From Eledone cirrhosa (Eukaryota): a stretch of 64,000 nucleotides of DNA. The stretch is taken from positions 38,192,001 to 38,256,000 of the forward strand of contig OZ024747.1 in NCBI GenBank assembly GCA_964016885.1, written 5' to 3'. The position numbers were made by a program, and so were the translations under genes. Of the stretch, positions 50,287-63,105 are shown piece after piece (the first letter of the stretch is position 1; each line of letters opens with the position of its first letter). A model generated the notes under the pieces. That model had not been told where the DNA came from. It saw only the letters and a program-made list of their open reading frames with translations, and did no database searches.

Positions 50287-52261
50287 ATGTCAACAAGACA
50301 GCGTTCCAGCGGAGGTAAATATAAACGAAAATATTACAAAGTAAAAAAAGATTGTTACAGATTTAAAATTAACAAATATTTCTAACACAAACAACACCAA
50401 CAATAACACCAACAACATCACCAACAACAACACCAAAAATAACAGCGGTAAAGTCGAGAACGACAATAACAAAAATAACAGCGGTAAGGTCGAGAACGAC
50501 AATAACAAAAATAACAGCGGTAAGGTCGTGAACGACAATAACAATGACAATAACAACAGCCACAACAACAATAATAGTAGGAACAGGTATCAACAAAAAC
50601 AACAATAATAACAACAGCCACAATAACAGTAACAGCAGCAACAGTATCAACGAAAACAACACCAACAACTGTACCAGCGAAAACAACAACACTGACACCG
50701 ATACCTGTAATAGCGACCTCAGCACCACCAGTAAGACCAGTAGCGGCAGCAATAGTTGTGGTGCTGAAAAAGGGACCACTTCTTTTGCAGGTGTCGCCCG
50801 AAATATCGAGACAGTGTTAGTCACAGAGGAGGAGATGGCAGTCGCAAGGGCCATGGGGACAAGAAGCGCAAATAGAGTTTCCCTGAAACCTCCACCCGAT
50901 TTTTTCAAGGACCAGCAGCTACGAACGGTGACTTACCGCACCGTAAGAAAAATCTCACATCGAGTGGAGAGAGCCACGGAGGCTCAAATCCAAAAGGGCT
51001 TGGGGTGCATCTGGGCACGCAAAACCCGAGGCAGAAAGTACGCCACAGTAAACGTACTTTTCGCCCCCCCCCCCCCAGAAAGCAAAGTCTCACTCTTTGG
51101 AAACCCTTAAAAGTGAGGAGTTTGTCTTGGTGCCCTCCTACTGCGGGCAGAAAATTGTGAGGGTCAAAGTGACCCAGGTCCCACCCAACGTGCTCATACC
51201 TTGGCTGGCCGCGTCTGTCCTTGCTGGAATTGAGAACAGGGCGACCATGCTGCAAGTAGAAAAAATAGGGAGAGAGAACTGGTCAGGTATAGGCATGCAA
51301 ATGCTTATACAAACTGACCAGGAATGTATCGAGGTTATCCCCGATATCATAGACTTTGAGGAAGAACTCCAACTCCCTATAAGTGTAGAAGGAAGACGGC
51401 CAAAATGTTATCTCTGTGGATCGAAATGTCACCTCAGGGCCTTTTGCCCGCAGAAGACACCGAAGAGGGCCCCTCTCCTTCCAATACCTGGTCCGCTGCT
51501 ACCAAGAGCAGGACAGGCAACAAACGAAGAAGCCCTTTCCACGGTGAGTAGGAGGGCAACGTTCGTAGCACCCGTACCAAGGCCACGGATAACTAAAGCA
51601 GCATCATCAGTAGCGGCAACACCAATAGCTACATTTGAAATAGCTACACCAGCAACAACATTGCCGAAGAGGGCTCCACTACCACCACCAACAGCCGTGG
51701 AGCACATACCCCTCCCAGACGCCACAGAATCCGACATGGAGTTTGAGGCGGGAGTGACGTGGCAAACAGTCTGCCACAAAAAAACAAAAAATAAAAAAAT
51801 CCTTAGATTCACCCTCCAAATGCGAAGGCATACAAAGAGGGGTAAAGGCAGCAAGGAAACTTGCAGCAACACCACCACAAACACCAACAACGCAAACACA
51901 AGACACACAAACCAAACAGCAACAAGAAGAAAACGGCAACAAAATCACCCCTCCCCCCCAAAAGTACACAGCCATAAACATAGCAAAAAAAGAACTCATA
52001 AAATATATAAAGCAGCACACAGACATCACGGAAAAAAATGACTACACCCCACCAACACCAAGAACTCTCCCGACAAACATAAGCATCATCGAAATCTCAA
52101 TAGAACAACACAAACCTTTAAAACAAAAATTCCCCAACGCAGTTGGTGACTTCAGAGGGACGGTTACCAAGATGATTTACACTGACATCCTCTTGGAAAC
52201 ACCAATGACCAGCGAAAGGGACGGTTCTACTGTCCCTTCACCACACGAACAAGGTAAGTGA
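50287..52261 (+). pseudogene. Tx1-5 ORF1 (broken) with CCHC knuckle CYLCGSKCHLRAFC
   Basis: Fragments 50544 and 51097 are homologous to the other ORF1s but more divergent. Start approximate. Confidence 0.75.
50435..50542 (+). repeat. 3 x 36-bp tandem repeat in the ORF1 N-terminal region
   Basis: Unit aaaaataacagcggtaaggtcgagaacgacaataac (KNNSGKVENDNN in one frame). Confidence 0.9.
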
Positions 52262-52293
52262 CCCTTTCTCATTTGCCCCGTTTCTCATCCAAC

Positions 52294-55200
52294 ATGGCTG
52301 TACTCAGGATAGGCAGTATAAATGCACGTGGCCTGGGGTCATATTGGAAGCAGGGTCACCTGCTCAATAACCTCAGGTCACTAAACATAGATGTGGTGGC
52401 CATCAGTGAAACCAGAATCTCCGAGGCACGGGCCTTCGCACCGATCTTCGGCGGCTACGATGTATACGCATCTCCCAGCCGTCCAGGATCGGGGGGAGGG
52501 GTTGCCGTCCTTTTTCGGAGAAGCTTGGATCTCGCGATACGGGCCATCTTCCTGGACCCAAAAGGTTAGTCGGTGGTGCTGGACGTGACCGGCAGCGAAG
52601 GTAATGCTTTCAGGCTAGTAGCCGTCTACGCCCCAACAGGGGCAGGACGGCCAGATTTCTTCAGACGTCTAGAGACCTTTCTTGGAACGTCCCGCTCTTT
52701 AGTGTTAGTGGGCGACTGGAACGGTATCTTGGATGCACGCTTGGATCGTGTAGGGCTAGTGGATAGAGGAGGAGGGTGTAAGAGCCTCACCAACCTGCTC
52801 AGACGTTTTGAACTGTCTGACAGGTATCGACTGGATCGCCCGAATGTGCCAATGTGGACATGGACAAACCGCATCGGGTCATCCAGATCATATATAGATA
52901 GGGTATTCTGCAGGGAACTAGATAAGGCTAGTATAAGTTGTCCACAATTAAAAATAGTCGACTACACAGACCACAAATTTGTGATCTGTGAGATCGACAT
53001 AGACAGACTTCATAGATAAGGGCCTGGTTACTGGAAGCTGAACGCGTCTTTCCCGGCGCGCAAGGCCTACAGAGACCGGATTAGCGTATTAGTTAAGTGG
53101 GCGTTGACGGGAGCGGTCGTCAACAACAGGTGGTGGTTCGCCCTGCAAAGGGCAATTAAAGTAGAGTCGATTAGGTTTAGCAAAGGAGTATTGATAGAGG
53201 AAAATAGAGTAGAGGGAGGGCTAGTCAGAAAGCTAGAAGAGGCGTTTAGGACAGGCATCGCAACCGACGTTCTAGCTGCGAGATTGGCACTCGACCAATT
53301 CTTCAACGCAAAACACGAAGGCTGCCTTGTCAGAGCTAGAGCGCTTGCTCTGAAACACGAGGGGACAAAAGCCGTCCAATGGGCCCGGGTGGCAGAGGCG
53401 CGACGTGGTAATAAAGCCACAATTCGGTCTTTGTCTGACCAACACGGGTGCTTGATGCTCGAACCCGAGCGGATGTGTGAAGCTTTTCAGCAGCACTTTG
53501 CTGAACTGTTCGGGAGCTGCGGCGGCTCGGATCGGGACATGGACTTCCGTGCATACCTCGACGGACTGCCTCGGCTCTCGACGACCGCAGCACAGTGTTG
53601 CGAAAAGCCAATAACAGTCGGTGAAATACGGGAAGCGATGGCTAACTGCGCAAGAGATAAATCGCCAGGTTTAGATGGTCTGCCCTACGAGCTTCATGCA
53701 TTTATGCCAGACTTGATCGGTGATCTCTTGGCAGACGTCTACTGCAACTGGCAGCAGAACGGGAGCATTGCCAGTTTTGTGAGTCGAGGAGCAGTGGCGC
53801 TGCTGAGAAAGGATCCGAACAAGGGGGATGTTATTGATAATTTCAGGCCCATAACTCTGCTAAACGCAGAGTTCAAGATTTTGGCCAAGGTGTTAGCAAC
53901 GAGGTTGGCGCTTGTCGTCAAGGGTCTGGTGGGAGAGGCGCAGACATGCGCCATCCCGGACAGATCCATACACGACAACCTCCACCTCATGCGATACATC
54001 ATAGAGAGGGTGGTTAAGGAACCTGGCAAGCGTGGGACCCTGATCAACTTGGATCAATCCAAAGCATTCGATAGGGTCGACCATCGGTACCTGGCGGCGG
54101 TCCTTGAGGCAGCCGGTTTCGGGTCCGTTTTCAGGCGTTGGATCGCAGCAATGTACAGCGATATCTGGTCAGTTGTGAGGGTGAACGGTCAGCTGTCGCA
54201 GCCGTTCAGCATCATGCGCTCAGTCCGCCAGGGGTGTCCCCTCTCGTCCCTCTTGTACGTATTGGCTCTCGAGCCGTTACTGCACAAAATGGGGGCAATG
54301 ACGGGCGTCCCACGCGAACTAGGATGCGAGAAATCCGAGTCGGCTTACGCTGACGACGTCACCGTGGTGGTGTCGAGCACCAGACACGTCCAGATGCTCG
54401 GCACCGCTCTCAAGGAATACGAAACGGTGACAGGAGCAAAGATAAACCAGGAAAAGTCGGTGGGCTTGTAGCTAGGCACCTGGAGAGGCAAGTCCATGCC
54501 GTCCGACAGCGTCGTGGGGCGTTGGACGGACGGACCGGTTAAATTACTCGGGGTCTGGTTCGGACCGCACTTCCAGATGGAGAAAAACTGGAACGAGGTG
54601 ACGAGCAGGGTGGCCTCCCTCACCCAGAAATAGGCTGAGAGGAAGCTGTCCCTGAAAGGCCGGGCGGAAGTGGCGAATGCGTACATCGCATCCGTCATCT
54701 GCTACCGCCTCACCGTCGTCCCTTGCTCCAGCCCAACTCTAAGCAAAATGGAGCGCCTCCTTTTCCGCTTTTTGTGGAAGAGACGCGCTCCCATGGTCAG
54801 ACGATCCATCTGCTGTCAACACCCGTTGCGTGGAGGACTGGGCATGTCATGGCTGATGATGCGCAAAATGCGCTGAGGCTGCGGCATCTCTGGTGAACGG
54901 GTGTGGTCGCCGTTCGCCAGGAACATTTTCCCACAGCTCGTCTCCTTGACGGAGCTGCAGTCCTGGGTCAGAAAAAGACCGAGGGATAGCGCTTGGAAAC
55001 TGGAATGTCTCCAGGCGCTCACTGCCCTCTCCCAGTTGGGCATCAGAATTGGTGGAACATCCACCTCGGCGTTCTATAGAGGACTAGTGGAGGGGAAGAG
55101 CGACGACGTTTTCGGAGAGATCCTGGGCGTCGAAGAAGATCAGCTGCTTGTTCTCTTCGGAGAACTTTCAGCCTGAGGCCTATGGATAACTTCCAAAAAT

Positions 55201-55630
55201 CCCTGGCCTGGCAGAGCTACCGGGGAGCGCTGCCGGTTCGAGATAAGCTCTACAGGCACGGAAGTGCCGCCAGCCGAGCCTGTCCGAGATGCGCGCATAG
55301 CGACGAAACCGTTGTGCCCACACTCGTTCAGTGCCCGAGCATTGCTGACTTGTCGACTGAGTCCATTGTGCAGATGGTCTCGCCGTCTTCCTCTGAGGAG
55401 GAAGGGCAAGTTGTTTTCATCTGCCTGGTGGCCATGGCGAAAGAGATTGTGTGGTGGACAAGGTTAAAAGGATTAAAGACAAACACTTTCCTCTTCGGCG
55501 AATCCCTGATTAACTTTTTCAAGTTTCACTTGAAGAGGAAAATCAGGGTGGAGAGGCGAGTGCTGCTTTCTAGCAAGTTTGTTGAAAGGTGGGTGAATGT
55601 AGCGAGAATGGTCTGAATATACGTCTGTAG
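52294..55630 (+). pseudogene. Tx1-5 ORF2 (APE + RT + knuckle), several stops/frameshifts
   Basis: IGSINARGL, GDWN, SYIDRVF, YTDH, SPGLDGLP, LDQSKAFDRVDH, VRQGCPLS, AYADD, CPRCAHSDETVVPTLVQC. Confidence 0.94.
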
Positions 55631-55921
55631 TTTGAGAGATGGAAAAATTGAGAGAGGGCGCTTGCCCTGGTAGCCAGGGTGGCCGTGGTCTTTTGTGTGG
55701 TTTTCGCCACGAGTAACCCTCGGAGGGTTCCCCCCTATTGGGGAATTTTTCATTGTTTCACTTTTCATTTTATTGTTTATATATATATATATATGTTTTA
55801 TGTCCTTTTTCTTTTCTTATATAAATAATAAAAATATTTACACGCACAAAACCCACATCGTACCGTCCTGTTCCGTCTATGATGTTTTTCTTGATGTCAG
55901 CCCTTGTGGCCAATAAAGAAA

Positions 55922-55974
<53 letters not shown>

Positions 55975-56425
55975 TGAAGTAATACCTTGTTGTACAAACT
56001 CCGAGAACGGAATTACATAAAACATTTCGCCAAAGGCCTAATCAGGTATCTGGCTAAATTGATGCTGCTGGCAATGATATTGGTTGATTTGATGTTGACT
56101 GATGATCGAACAATTTACGTTGATTATGATGATTATTTCTATACTAACTGCACTATATATATCATTACATTCGTCATCATTACCACCGACAATAACAGAT
56201 GCTAGCATTTGCAATGGCCTTTATTTCAGATTTCACTACAATTTCTTGTGTAGTTAGCTACAACTTAACGAAGAAAAACGCTTTAGGCATATTTACGTTA
56301 TCTCTCCATGTTCCATGTCCTCCATCTCTCTGCTTCAGTATTTTTATGTAGTTGCTTCTGCTGATTTTCTTTTTGCCATTATATCTTCTTCAGTAATATA
56401 CATCAACTAAAAGGTATTATAATAT

Positions 56426-56545
56426 TCTGAGTTCAAATCCCGCCGAGGTTAACTTTGCCTTTCATCCTTGCGGGGTCGATAAAATAAAGTACCAGTAATG
56501 TACTGGGTGATTGCTGGCCTTGTGCCAAAAGTAGAAACAATTATA
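56426..56545 (+). mobile_element. tRNA-derived SINE fragment (octopus-type)
   Basis: B-box-like gagttcaaatccc followed by gccgaggttaactttgcctttcatcc...ggggtcgataaaataaagtaccagt. A homologous inverted copy lies at 63017-63105. Confidence 0.7.
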
Positions 56546-56663
56546 ACTTATATTGCTTCCTTGCTAGAATCTAAATTCAAATGCCGTACGTAAACATCTA
56601 AATACAAGGTTTAACTTCGGTGAAATAGAGTGTTCCATAACTTCAGTATATGTTTGTTCAAAG

Positions 56664-56664
<1 letters not shown>

Positions 56665-56726
<62 letters not shown>
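56665..56726. repeat. (TA)n microsatellite
   Basis: Direct reading. Confidence 0.97.
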
Positions 56727-56730
<4 letters not shown>

Positions 56731-56949
56731 GAATGTACCATAATCTTGTTTCCCAAAAGAATGGAAATGTCGGCTAGGACTTCTCTTGACCTAATCGGGT
56801 TCCAATGATGAGTGTTTTGAGGTAAATTGTACAGATTCTTTTGATACTACCTGTGGGCAGTGAGTATAACGATATATACTATGAAGTTGGACAGGTTAAA
56901 CAGTTGGAATTACAATAAATAGGATGTAACAAAACGTAAAATACAGAAA

Positions 56950-58140
56950 TATTTGTCGTGTTTACTGATATGCACATCGATTCAAAGCCGTACGCTTGGC
57001 AAAACAAGGACGCATGTCACCTCTCGTATGTAAGCAATTCCCTATTAATCTTTCTAGAAGAGAAAATAATTTCCATGCAGCTATGTTGGGTCTTATAGAA
57101 GCACCGTTTTTATTGCCTACTTTGTGCTATTTGTTTACTGTTGAGCTGATAGAAATCCACTCTAAAATCGAAACAGTTTCAAAGTAGCATCAGTTTCTTC
57201 TTTTAACTTCAATAACTTAAACGGTTTCCTGAACAAATAGTAATTTTTTATCTGGCATATCACTAAATGTTAATAATAAATGTTACGACAGAACTTATGG
57301 ATATTTTCAAAATAAAAATAAAACAAAATGTCAGTGTCTCTAACCCTTGTGATTTCTGAAAAAGCTTGAAGAATAAAAAATATACGTAATTACTTGGCGA
57401 TATTTCAATATAACAATTTTTCATTGTGCCGAAACAGCTTTCAATCCGCCCTTTGCAGGGTCAAGTTAAGAGTATTAAATTTATCAAATAATTCAGCAAG
57501 ACAAGAAAAATGTAATACAAATCTCTCATCAGTTACCAAAATTAACTATATCTGACTTTTTATCTGTGACAACAGGAAATAAATTATTTCTTGCCGAATG
57601 TCCATTAAAGTTTGAAGAAATTTTACACGTGGCAGCTATATCACTTCTGATTGCAACAGCAAGTTTTTGCAAATAATTTTAACTTCATTACATAATCCAG
57701 AAAATAATTTCACATTGATTCTCTTGGTTTTAATGAAAATCTCTCGTATGCAATTGTTTGGGTTTGACATGACATTTCCCCTACTTTTCTCTCATATTAG
57801 CAGTACCATCATTTCATATAGTTTGCAGCAGAAAAGCCTAGCAAAAACGAATTTTCGTTGAATTTAATTTCATGAAGTTATGAAATATTGCATAACATTT
57901 GTGCATGACATGCAACATTAATGTTTCCATGTAAGTGCATCACATATGCACCTGGGTTATTGACGTATAAGAGCATTTGACACGCCATGTATACTGCGGA
58001 TTACAGCCATTTGAAAGTGGTATTACTTTTAACTCTAATGTAATATTCTCACCGGCTACACTACGACATTTTTCATATGCAGTGGGTAGAATCAAAGATT
58101 CACCAATGGTAAGTGGTTCCATAACTTTTACAATCATTTA
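56950..58140 (-). pseudogene. Fossil hAT transposase (Buster/Charlie/ZBED5-like)
   Basis: - strand remnants in order: EPLTIGESLILP...IPLSN; FIKTKRINVKLFSGLCNE...LLLQSEVI*LPRVKFLQTLMDIRQEIIYFL (cf. LLLHTEVRWLSRG); RNCLHTRGDMRPCF (cf. C-terminal RNRL...DMR). Confidence 0.65.
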
Positions 58141-60335
58141 TCACTCAATATAAGACACTTATCATGTTTTACTTGAAGTCGATACAATATATACCATTCA
58201 AATATTGGGAGTAACAAAGAAAACAACATTTTAACTGTTATACAGATTACCTAACAAAATGTCATATTGAGTCACGTAAAGAATTACTTTAAATATCATG
58301 CAATAGCTTACTCTAGAATTAAGTTAGTCATACCCTGTGGTTAAATGAACAACTGAATAATGAACTTTGTGCACTTAAACTGTGCTCTATGCTAGTATAT
58401 TCTCATCGCCGTTTATTGAGACTAAATAATGAAAGCTGTCTAAAAGCAACATCCGTGTTTAATTAAATGAAATCCTCACCAACCTTGAAATATGAGAGAA
58501 TGTCGATAAAGACAAATTAAATTGAAAACTATCATAGGATGCTCACATTAACTACAATTGATAGAATACTGTTATGCTGTCAACAAATTCCACTATGTGA
58601 ATGAACTATTTGACCTAATGTCACCCAAACTGATTTATTAAATATACTAGAGAAATTCTCTTTGAGGTCAGGTTTCTGAAAAATGAAACCAACAATTAGT
58701 TCCGTTGATCACTTAATCGACATTTTGTAGGCATCCGTATACATAATAACAGAAAAGCAGTTTGTTATAATGTTGCCCCAAATCCTTCAGTAAAATATTT
58801 TTCAGTGTAACTTCCTAAGCACGAATATCCACTGAAACAAGGAGATGTCAAACCATTGCAAACCGTTTCCTCTAAAATATATCAATGTCAGGACGTGAAT
58901 TCAATTATAAAATTTTACTAATTGCTCGTTCGTTATATACCCCTATAACGAATTACAGCCAATATTTACGTATTTACAGCTAGATAGTTTGGGTGATTGG
59001 TAATATAGTGATTTCATTATAAATGCAGGAAAATGCCAATGTTGAAATATGAAGCAACGATCATTTGGTGTAAGATTGTACATCATTGTTTCGACAAACG
59101 ACTTTTGAAATACATTAAAGCGAATATACATCGAATAGCAAAAATGATATGTGCATTGTTGCATGCAGTGTGGGGTATAAATCAATGAGAACATTTATGA
59201 GAACGTTTATGAGATATTCTTGAACGCTACATGAGTTGAAAACACTTCGAAAACACAAAACAGGTTTATAAAATAATGCATAAATAAATTGCATAAAGTA
59301 GGGTTGGCGAGTTTCACTTCGCTATAATTCTCACATTTTCTCGGGAGATTATAAAATATGTCACTGAGCTCATACTTCTAATGTACACAATACACATGGA
59401 ATACAAGAGCGATATATCTAAGTTATGAAAGGAGAAATACATTGATATATACAGCAAATGATAGGTGGAATTAGCATAAATAGTTTTCTTACATTTCCAA
59501 CATGTACGCCAGTGGAAGAATCAATTACATCATGTAGACCCATTTTTACCAGCCCTGCAGAATTCGAACTCATTGCAAAAGATTAATATTTTGCGATGCA
59601 AGTAATCTAAATATTCGAGTGGTTTCTTTCTTCAACTATATCCCCTTCAAATTTGAACATACTTTATATACAAAACAGCTTTGATACTTTGATTACCTCT
59701 AAGTGGAGTCATTCCTATAGGAGTTTTGATTTGCCTCGTGGTTTAGATTGTACAGTAGTATCTATTTTATGCATCTTGCCTTTTTGTAATAAGAGCTACT
59801 CAGGCAGATTGGTATATCGGAGTTTGCTAACGTAAATAAGACAACGTAGTAGTAGTTAGGTATTCAGTATTCCTGGTAACACTATCAGGGAAATCTATAT
59901 TATTGCAAACATAAAACACAGGAGAATAAATTCATTTGCAACTGATTGAAGTTGCAATATATTTGCAGTTGTAAGAAACATAATTGTGTTGTTTTGGTGA
60001 TATAGATGTATATGCAAAATATTGTACAGTAAACAAAGCGAGAATATGAAAAAAAATTTTTAAAAAAGCACTAAAGTTCAACAACTCTTTCACGAGGTTC
60101 ATCACAATTTCGGTGCTTTAGATACACACACCACATAAAGAAATGCAGATTTATATTTAAGAGGTTAGAAAGAACATCTAACCATTGCAGTGGTCAGATT
60201 TAGAAAAGTGAAAAATCAAATGTAGGAAAATTTATGAGAAGGCGAAGGTAGGAGGAGACCCTCAGACAAGGAAGAAACACACCTATGTACACACACACAC
60301 ATACAGAGACACACATATTTATGAGTATATATAAA

Positions 60336-60436
60336 CAGAGTGTTCCCAATAAATGTATACACACTTCCACAACATTCTAATACATATTGCCTGTACAGGT
60401 AATCAAAGTACATATGCATTTTTCGGAGACGCCCTG
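60336..60436. mobile_element. Possible old Tc1-derived mini-MITE
   Basis: cagagtgttcccaataaatgtatacacact versus the reverse complement of the right end, cagggcgtctccgaaaaatgcatatgtact (~20/30 identical, mismatches mostly transitions). TA at the right end. Confidence 0.3.
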
Positions 60437-60903
60437 TATATATATAAACATATATATAATTTATTTAGTTTATTGTTACAAATTGCAAATTACTTCCGCG
60501 TGAAGGTTTCATCAGAGTGCTGAAGGATTTAGACAATACAGTGTATAAACACTAAAGCTGGAAAGCCCCACCCCTGAACAATATAAAAGAATAAAAAGGT
60601 TAATGAAGCTTAGATAATAAATGCGATCTTAAATAATTGTCTGTTGTTAAGGAAGGCTATTATAAACATTAATGAGGAACTGTAGATCAAAGGTAGGTAA
60701 GCTTTCAGTGAGGAAGTTGAATTATCTGATGCGGTAATAGCGACAAATATAGGTAACATAATAATACTGGTCCTGTAGAAAATGAGTAGAAATAAGGAAG
60801 AATCTAGGTGTCTATACTGGATCAATAACCATATAATGAGGCTAAACATTAAGTATAATAATTTTTATAATGATGAAATAGCTACATAGGCGTAGAAGTG
60901 TAC

Positions 60904-60904
60904 A

Positions 60905-60975
<71 letters not shown>
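60904..60975. repeat. (CT)n(TA)n compound microsatellite
   Basis: Direct reading. Confidence 0.95.
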
Positions 60976-60978
<3 letters not shown>

Positions 60979-61691
60979 TAAAAGAATAGAGGTGTAACAC
61001 ATGAGTTGTGATATATTAGTAAAAGGAAAAGAAAATGCTAACAAATTTTTCCCAGTGAAAAATAGTTTAAATAGGAATAAGTATAAATTAGTAATAAGTA
61101 TTTGTTAGTATTCAGTTTTAGTTTTAAGTTTTTACCGGTTGCGCATTTCTAATGCTTTTCAAAAATAATTTTGAGATAGAGCGCCCGTGATGTTTGCTCT
61201 AATCTGATCAGTTTTGGAAATTCTTCCTGTTTTACGAACCCACAACATACACACGTCAACATACATACCCACATCAGCATACATCCTACATACATTTCTA
61301 TCCACATATAAACACAATGACATACGTAAACACACATGTTCTATGGTGCAACACAAATATACACAAATTTGCATACCTTTTGATGTCTATAAATATAAAC
61401 GTGCCGACACACACACATACATATACGCACACATGCATTGCACCCTGATGGGCACATTCATATTTGTACACAAGTATTCCCATACGACAGGGCCTAATGG
61501 ATTCCCCTTGCAGTATGTACAATCTGGACACTCTCACACACCTTGGTGTTATGACAATACTATACATCATTTCACCCCTTTTATTATCAATGTTTTTGAT
61601 GTTCTTTTGAGAGAATCGTTTTTACAAATTACTGAAAATATCGAAAAATGTACACCATTTTTACCAGTATCACAAAAATACTGGTCCATCA

Positions 61692-61692
<1 letters not shown>

Positions 61693-61722
<30 letters not shown>

Positions 61723-61775
61723 CACACCCACACACACATATACACACACACACACACGCGTACACTAACATACAA

Positions 61776-61815
<40 letters not shown>
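61693..61815. repeat. Interrupted (CA)n microsatellite
   Basis: Direct reading. Confidence 0.92.
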
Positions 61816-61817
<2 letters not shown>

Positions 61818-62045
61818 CTCCGTATTGATTGTATTTTCGTTCTTGTGGTGGCTTCTGTGGCTTTGTCCCCTTAACCACAGTTTTCAATTTGTCACGCTAT
61901 TTAATGTATGTTTATTACTCTAAGTTGTAACCTATCGATTTCTCGATACATTCTTATTGAGTCCTTCGTGCAAACTCCGAATTTGGTCTTTCGCGGATTT
62001 GGCCGACCGCCACAGTTTCGATTTTTCCAACCTACTAATCGTATT

Positions 62046-62057
62046 TATATACATATA

Positions 62058-62128
<71 letters not shown>
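62046..62128. repeat. (TA)n microsatellite
   Basis: Direct reading. Confidence 0.95.
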
Positions 62129-62130
<2 letters not shown>

Positions 62131-62879
62131 GGAAAAAATGAAACGGAATTTCATTTCTCACTCTTAGTATGTATACGTACATACATATATGTATACAGAC
62201 GTACAATCGTATGTATATATATAATACATGCACACATATATACGTACATATATATATGTGTGCATGTATGTATATATATACATACTACTGTACGTCTGTA
62301 TACATATATATATAAATATATATATAAAACAGTAACTACATTTCCTTATATCTTAGTACATGTAATGGTACAATGGTACAAATGAAGAGCAAATGAAGAG
62401 CAGGAAACAATAATATCATGCGTAATCTAATACAGTAAGACTACGAATAAGTAATGTTGGCACGTTTCAAAGAAGAAATAAACGTAATGCTTTTAAATAT
62501 TCCTACTAATATAATAATAGAGACTTTTACAGATATCGAGCGTAAAAAGAGTAAACTTTTTGTAAGTATGCAATATTATTATTAAATGAAAATGTATGTA
62601 TGTACATGCAAATATCCATAAAACCGTACTAATTCTCATATCTGTTGAAATAGTCTTCTTCATAAACATTGATTAAGACTCGTATAGAAATTAGTATACA
62701 AGTATATATGCACATGTATTCTAAGTATATATGCACATATGTATGTACCCGTAATTCCCGAGGGAATGGTAGAGGCGCCATAATGACATACGGCATTTCT
62801 AGGTCATCTTTATAAAACCTAGCAGAACCCATCTCTCCAGGTCTGAATATGGCAGGCTTCTTCCGGAGAAGGATAGAGC

Positions 62880-63014
<135 letters not shown>

Positions 63015-63016
63015 AG

Positions 63017-63105
63017 AATCGACTCCAGTATTAGACTGGGACTTTTATTTTCGATCTTGAAATGATGAAAGGCAAAGTTGACCCCGGCGGGATTTGAACT
63101 GAGAG
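63017..63105 (-). mobile_element. tRNA-derived SINE fragment (same family as 56426)
   Basis: The reverse complement reads ctcagttcaaatcccgccggggtcaactttgcctttcatcatttc...tcgaaaataaaagtcccagt. Confidence 0.7.

Larger units (their letters stand above)
50007..55923 (+). mobile_element. Tx1-5: full-length decayed Tx1 element
   Basis: Head-to-tail behind Tx1-4 across (ATT)n. AATAAA at 55912, (ATT)17 at 55924-55974. Confidence 0.93.

Noticed and set aside
34289-55630. Prokaryotic RT systems (retron, DGR, group II intron)
   Set aside because: The domain architectures (APE-RT-CCHC; RT-CCHC-RLE), 5' truncations and simple-repeat tails are those of eukaryotic non-LTR retrotransposons.
28927-55974. 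Target-site duplications for individual elements
   Set aside because: Insertions sit within (ATT)n, so TSD length cannot be resolved.
58540-58830. Possible second hAT remnant (LLKDLGQHYNKLLFCYYV on the - strand)
   Set aside because: A single weak motif, insufficient without a profile search.
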